A stretch of 31,524 bases of DNA from a virus. Its lineage: Duplodnaviria; Caudoviricetes. The stretch lies in IMG/VR virus record IMGVR_UViG_3300020594_000011, positions 1-31,524 of that record; one strand, written 5' to 3'. Shown in pieces: positions 27,469-31,524 of the stretch; the stretch's first letter is position 1, and each line of letters opens with the position of its first letter. The notes under the pieces were generated by a model. That model was not told the origin of the DNA, did no database searches, and was given only the letters and a program-made list of their open reading frames with translations. The translations under genes were made by a program, and so were the position numbers.

Positions 27469-27837
27469 ATGCGCACAGATAGATTCAAGGTCCTGATTCA
27501 GATCCCTATTCTGTTGCTTGGGGCGTGCGTTCCGATCCAGCCCCAGCCACAACCCAACATCTATATCTACACGCTGACCGATGACAGCTCGGCGACCCAC
27601 GCCAATAAGCCCCGGCAGCTCGAGAAGCCCGCCGGACGGCGGTCGGCATCGCAGAAGGCCAACGCTGAGATCACCTGCCGTAAGGTCAAGGACGGGAAGT
27701 TCAAAGCCCCCACGCTGGACCTCTCGAAAATCCCTGAGGATGATGACGGTGCGCTGATCGCTGCTTTGATGGATCACATTAGTGATCTACGCAAGGAACT
27801 GGACACCGTGACCGTCACTTGTAAGCCCGGCAGTTAA
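27469..27837 (+). CDS. Putative outer-membrane lipoprotein spanin (Rz1-like; 122 aa)
   Basis: Signal MRTDRFKVLIQIPILLLGAC with lipobox LGAC; Pro-rich mature N-terminus, additional Cys residues and a C-terminal helix. Confidence 0.6.
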   Translation: MRTDRFKVLIQIPILLLGACVPIQPQPQPNIYIYTLTDDSSATHANKPRQLEKPAGRRSASQKANAEITCRKVKDGKFKAPTLDLSKIPEDDDGALIAALMDHISDLRKELDTVTVTCKPGS

Positions 27838-27887
27838 ACTGTACGCACTCGGCTAATGGTACAGTGTCTCGCAGGGATAGATCGATA

Positions 27888-29387
27888 ATGAACCTGATTG
27901 AAGAAGTCGATGGCGCCATCTTGTTCTGCGATGGCGGCTTTCTCCACGACCGGCGGTACGGGGGATGGGGTGTCCACGGGTATACCTACCTTGAAGCCGA
28001 GCCCAAGCAAGGGACTGGCAATCCCAAGGCCTTGCCAACGCATTTGGGGTATCGGTGTGAGATCCGTGACGGTAAGTCGGTAGAGGTCGTCGGTGACGGT
28101 AACAAGGTCACCGTGGTCAACTACATCGACATCGTCGCGGGTGCACGGGGTAAGGGCAGTAATAACGAGATCGAGCTGTTGGCACTGCAGGAAGCCCTGC
28201 AGGTACTGCAGCACAATCCGTTCATCAAGAAGGCTACCATCTTCTCGGACTCCAAGTACGCAGTCCTGGGGTGTACGGCTCACCTGGAGCGCTGGAAGGC
28301 GCGCGGGTGGATCACCACGAACGGGGAACCGGTCAAGTACCGCAAGACCTGGGAAGAGGTGATGGAGGTCTATAACGAGCTCAAGGCTCGGATGGACCTG
28401 AAGATCGAGTGGTGCAAAGGGCATGCCGGTAACCTCGGGAACGAGAAAGCCGACAAGCTCGCCAGCCGCGGTGTAGTGCTGGCTGCCAAGGACGATCCGG
28501 AAGTGATCAAGGAAGTCAAGGTGGCTCAGGGCTACTGGAAGAAAGCCTACGAGGTACCACGGATTCTCCAGGCCCCTCGGTGGTACTTCTCCACGAAGGA
28601 CACCGATTTCGTGAAGCCTGACGGGCGCCACGTTTATTACGTCGGCACCCACGGTACCAAGGACAAGGAAGCTGACCTGCCGGGTAAGCGCTATGCCGAT
28701 AACGTGTTGGGGGTGGTACGGGTCTTAGAGCCAGACCCGGTCATGGAAGCCTTGCGTCAGTCGGCCATTGCGCGTGACGACCGGCAGTATGGATCGGTGG
28801 TCGTCGGGTCGCTGGACAACATCTTCTCGCCACGCATTTATGCTGAGCTGATGGACCACCGTGTCCGCTTCATGAATGAGCACAAGAAACGCCTGGATAT
28901 CCTGGATTCCAAGAACCTGGTGATCCTGGAGGAGGTAGTACCGGTCGGCAAGAGTTTCCGACTGGCCAACACCTGGCGGCTGCTCGACAAGATGCTGGAT
29001 GAGGTCCTGGCGGGGGATGCATCTTACCGCATCACCGAGATCACGGACTTACTCTATGAGGCGCCCGACGCTAAGAAGGGCGTCCGTAAGCTGAAGTCGA
29101 GCATAAGCCAGGTGACGAAGTTCCTCGATGTTGAGACGGAGTTCAACCTGGCTCGTGCGAGTGCTGAAGCACAGCCATTCCGTGCAAAAATCCGCTTGAT
29201 CGTCGGTAGTGACATCCTCACACGCAACCAACTGGCCGCTCTGGGCGAGGAGATACAGAGCGTCAAGGTGGTCACCTGGAGGGAGTCCGACAACGTAGGT
29301 CGTTACGCCACTTTAGTCGAGCTGAAGTCAGGGGACGTTGGACTCTGGGCTCGGTTTGAGGCAAATATCTACCTCGCGGTCAAGTGA
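27888..29387 (+). CDS. rnhA: Ribonuclease HI with ~300-aa C-terminal extension, phiKZ gp155-like (499 aa from MNLIEE)
   Basis: All RNase HI catalytic motifs present: FCDGG, SNNEIELLA, FSDSKY and WCKGHAGNLGNEKADKLA. Confidence 0.9.
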   Translation: MNLIEEVDGAILFCDGGFLHDRRYGGWGVHGYTYLEAEPKQGTGNPKALPTHLGYRCEIRDGKSVEVVGDGNKVTVVNYIDIVAGARGKGSNNEIELLALQEALQVLQHNPFIKKATIFSDSKYAVLGCTAHLERWKARGWITTNGEPVKYRKTWEEVMEVYNELKARMDLKIEWCKGHAGNLGNEKADKLASRGVVLAAKDDPEVIKEVKVAQGYWKKAYEVPRILQAPRWYFSTKDTDFVKPDGRHVYYVGTHGTKDKEADLPGKRYADNVLGVVRVLEPDPVMEALRQSAIARDDRQYGSVVVGSLDNIFSPRIYAELMDHRVRFMNEHKKRLDILDSKNLVILEEVVPVGKSFRLANTWRLLDKMLDEVLAGDASYRITEITDLLYEAPDAKKGVRKLKSSISQVTKFLDVETEFNLARASAEAQPFRAKIRLIVGSDILTRNQLAALGEEIQSVKVVTWRESDNVGRYATLVELKSGDVGLWARFEANIYLAVK

Positions 29388-29418
29388 TCTTCCATCTCGA
29401 CTCGTAGAGGGTTTCTCT

Positions 29419-29841
29419 ATGAATGGTGACCGTCTCCCTGCCGGGCAGATTGACACGGAGTCACTCGCTTCGCAGGACGCGCCAGCCGGAAAGATCGCCC
29501 GCATGAAATTCCGCTTCAAGCGGATGCTCTTTGTGGGTTCGTTGTACTTTGGGGTGGTGGGCAACAACCGCCCTGATGAACAGGAACTGGATACCGTCAA
29601 CCATCGGTTCGATCTGGCCTCCTCACCTCAGGCGCTGCTCTTCCCCGCAGCAGTGGCTGTACTGTTGTGGAAGGGCTTTGACCTGACGCATGTCCTGGAG
29701 CAGTATTCCCGGGACCAGATAACGCTCCAGCAGTTGACCCGGGAGCTTATCACCGCAGCTCCTACTTGGTTGCAGTACGGCGACAAGACGGCGATCGCCC
29801 GTGATGTCAAGGCAGTCTTTGATTGCCTCTGTGCGGCGTGA
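29419..29841 (+). CDS. Hypothetical protein (140 aa; start uncertain)
   Basis: GAGGG RBS before the ATG at 29419; ends at the terminator repeat. Confidence 0.7.
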   Translation: MNGDRLPAGQIDTESLASQDAPAGKIARMKFRFKRMLFVGSLYFGVVGNNRPDEQELDTVNHRFDLASSPQALLFPAAVAVLLWKGFDLTHVLEQYSRDQITLQQLTRELITAAPTWLQYGDKTAIARDVKAVFDCLCAA

Positions 29842-29887
29842 ACGACATACAGCCCCGGGCCTGCGCCCGGGGCTGTATGCTGTCAGG
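29835..29887. repeat. 53-bp palindromic terminator-like repeat, copy 2
   Basis: Same 15-bp stem as copy 1 with loop CTGC; lies between convergent TGA stops. Confidence 0.9.
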
Positions 29888-30731
29888 CTTTGGTCAGCTC
29901 AGCGATGTTGGTGAGCAGGGTGTCGGAGAGATCCCCCACGCCATTGGCGACCATCGAGGCAACGGTGGCGGTGACGCCCATGCGGTAGATGAGGTCGGAG
30001 AGTTGACCGGCGATCAGGCCGGCTACGTCTTTGGTGGCGTCCTCACTGACGGTCTTGCGCAGTTCCTGCACCAGGTCTGCCAGGCGATGGATCTGCGATT
30101 GGATACCCACCAGGTCCACACGCACCAGGCGGGTGTTCAGGTCGTGCACCTGGTCGTAGGCTTCGGTGAACGCCGCCAGGTTACCGGCGACATCGGAGAA
30201 CGGTACTTGAACACGGGTTTCGTTCTTGTAGTTCGCCAGCAGGGCGTCGTACTGATCGCTGGTGGCCAGAGTCAGGTTCTTCTCCAGGTCGCGGATACCG
30301 GTCTGGGCCTTGAGGCGATCTGGCTCGTTCAGGATCTGTGCGATCTTGACGATGGCGAGCTTGAGGTCCTTTTCCAGGCCTTCAATGGCCGGCATGACGG
30401 CATGGACGTCTTTCAGGTAATCGGCATAGGTGGCCGAGAAGCCGACCGGGACGGCGATCAGCTTGGTGCGCAGGTCCTGGAAGCCAGTGTCGCGCAGGTG
30501 CGCCAGTTGGCTCTGGTTGAGCTTGACTTGACGAGCCTTGTAGTTGCCCAGCTTCAGACCATTGAGAAAACCGGAGGCGCTGTCCAGGAAGCTGTTGAAG
30601 GTGCCCTTGGCACCGTCGACGATGGTCTGCAGACGACTTTCGGTCGAGAGCAACGAGCCGACCTCGATGTGGTACTGCAGGGTGTTGATCTGAGATTCAG
30701 CGGCTTGCTGAAGGAGGTCAAAATGAGACAT
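29883..30731 (-). CDS. Helical virion protein, phiKZ gp153-like (282 aa)
   Basis: GGAG RBS, an S-x-E site near the N-terminus (LSTE), a VPVGF motif, and position divergent from uvsX. Confidence 0.55.
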   Translation of the reverse strand: MSHFDLLQQAAESQINTLQYHIEVGSLLSTESRLQTIVDGAKGTFNSFLDSASGFLNGLKLGNYKARQVKLNQSQLAHLRDTGFQDLRTKLIAVPVGFSATYADYLKDVHAVMPAIEGLEKDLKLAIVKIAQILNEPDRLKAQTGIRDLEKNLTLATSDQYDALLANYKNETRVQVPFSDVAGNLAAFTEAYDQVHDLNTRLVRVDLVGIQSQIHRLADLVQELRKTVSEDATKDVAGLIAGQLSDLIYRMGVTATVASMVANGVGDLSDTLLTNIAELTKA

Positions 30732-30840
30732 ATCTCGTCACTCCAGGACGGTAGAAAGAAGGCCACATAACACTTTACCGAAGGTGCCATACTCTATGTA
30801 CTTTTAACTACCCTCTGTGCTGAAAACCATTGGAGTGAAC

Positions 30841-31524
30841 ATGAGCTACGCCGACATGTGGCAGCCCGCACCGCCCTTCTTCCCGATGCCAAACACCGGG
30901 TTGATTCTCGACGTCTCTGCCGGCCATATGGTCACGGGACACAAAGGTCAGACCATCCAGAACGGCGGTTTCGCGCTGTTCTGGTGTATCGCCGCCCTGC
31001 CGAACATGTTCAAGTCGGTACTCGCTGCTTACTGCTCCGGCTGCGTACTGCGGGCTTTCCAGCGCGCTGTCATGCATGCCCACGATACCGAGACTACCAT
31101 GGTCGAAGAACGTGTCGAGCGCATGACCCGGCTGGCCATGAACATCAAGTTGGCCAACTACCGTGTGCCGGAGAACTTGGTGTCTGAAGGCCGCCTGTTC
31201 TTTACCAGCTCCGTGGACTACACGGCCACGGGCCTGCTCAACCTCGTGAAAGATTACGGTAAAAAGCGTCTCAAGGAAGAAAAGCAGATCGACCTTGAGA
31301 TCATCAACCCGAAAACCAACAAGCCCTACAAGTACTACAACCCGGTCATCGAGTTCTGGGATTCGCTGTCGGGGATGAAAGCCGACAACGCTACCGAGAT
31401 GCTGGATGACGGCGACGTCGGTACCAAAGACCTGAACATGCTGGCCATGCGCGTCAACAGCGGCAAGAGTCAGATCGTGGAACAGGCACCTGACTTGACC
31501 GCCAAGCACGGTATCTACATCCTC
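30841..31524 (+). CDS. uvsX: UvsX/RecA-like recombinase, phiKZ gp152-like (5' part; runs off the window; absent from the ORF track)
   Basis: GGAG RBS. Manual translation: MSYADMWQPAPPFFPMPNTGLILDVSAG...NGG...AALPNMFKS (P-loop-like)...HDTE...IEFWDSLS (Walker B). Open to the window end. Confidence 0.75.
   Translation, partial: MSYADMWQPAPPFFPMPNTGLILDVSAGHMVTGHKGQTIQNGGFALFWCIAALPNMFKSVLAAYCSGCVLRAFQRAVMHAHDTETTMVEERVERMTRLAMNIKLANYRVPENLVSEGRLFFTSSVDYTATGLLNLVKDYGKKRLKEEKQIDLEIINPKTNKPYKYYNPVIEFWDSLSGMKADNATEMLDDGDVGTKDLNMLAMRVNSGKSQIVEQAPDLTAKHGIYIL

Noticed and set aside
24937-29887. Palindromic repeats as a CRISPR array or transposon ends
   Set aside because: There are only two copies 4.9 kb apart, with no spacer periodicity and no cas, transposase or integrase gene. 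They sit exactly at convergent stop codons.
1-31524. Alternative genetic code or stop-codon recoding
   Set aside because: Genes tile the window densely under the standard code, and TAA, TGA and TAG all occur as genuine stops.

Overview
Segment of a phiKZ-related (Chimalliviridae-like) jumbo myophage genome with high GC, packed with genes on both strands. Family calls come from motifs, size and gene order as I recall them, not from database searches. Left to right: a partial RuvC-like resolvase; five virion genes; a divergent 949-aa portal-like gene; a small accessory cassette (two orphans plus a 40-aa lipoprotein missing from the ORF track); a probably protease-processed head protein; a modular endolysin; a tail-fibre/baseplate cluster ending in a T-even gp38-like polyglycine adhesin; PAAR plus central spike; an SbcC/Rad50-like ATPase; two virion genes; a probable two-component spanin pair; an extended RNase HI; a further virion gene; and a partial UvsX/RecA-like gene. 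The most distinctive non-coding signal is a recurring GC-rich hairpin followed by TATG(C/T)(C/T)G instead of a U-tract (10 strand-specific instances at 7 loci). Two copies are 51/53 bp identical, with identity reaching into the last codons of four different genes, and in one copy the motif doubles as the ruvC start codon. I saw no CRISPR array, tRNA, rRNA, transposase, reverse transcriptase or intein.
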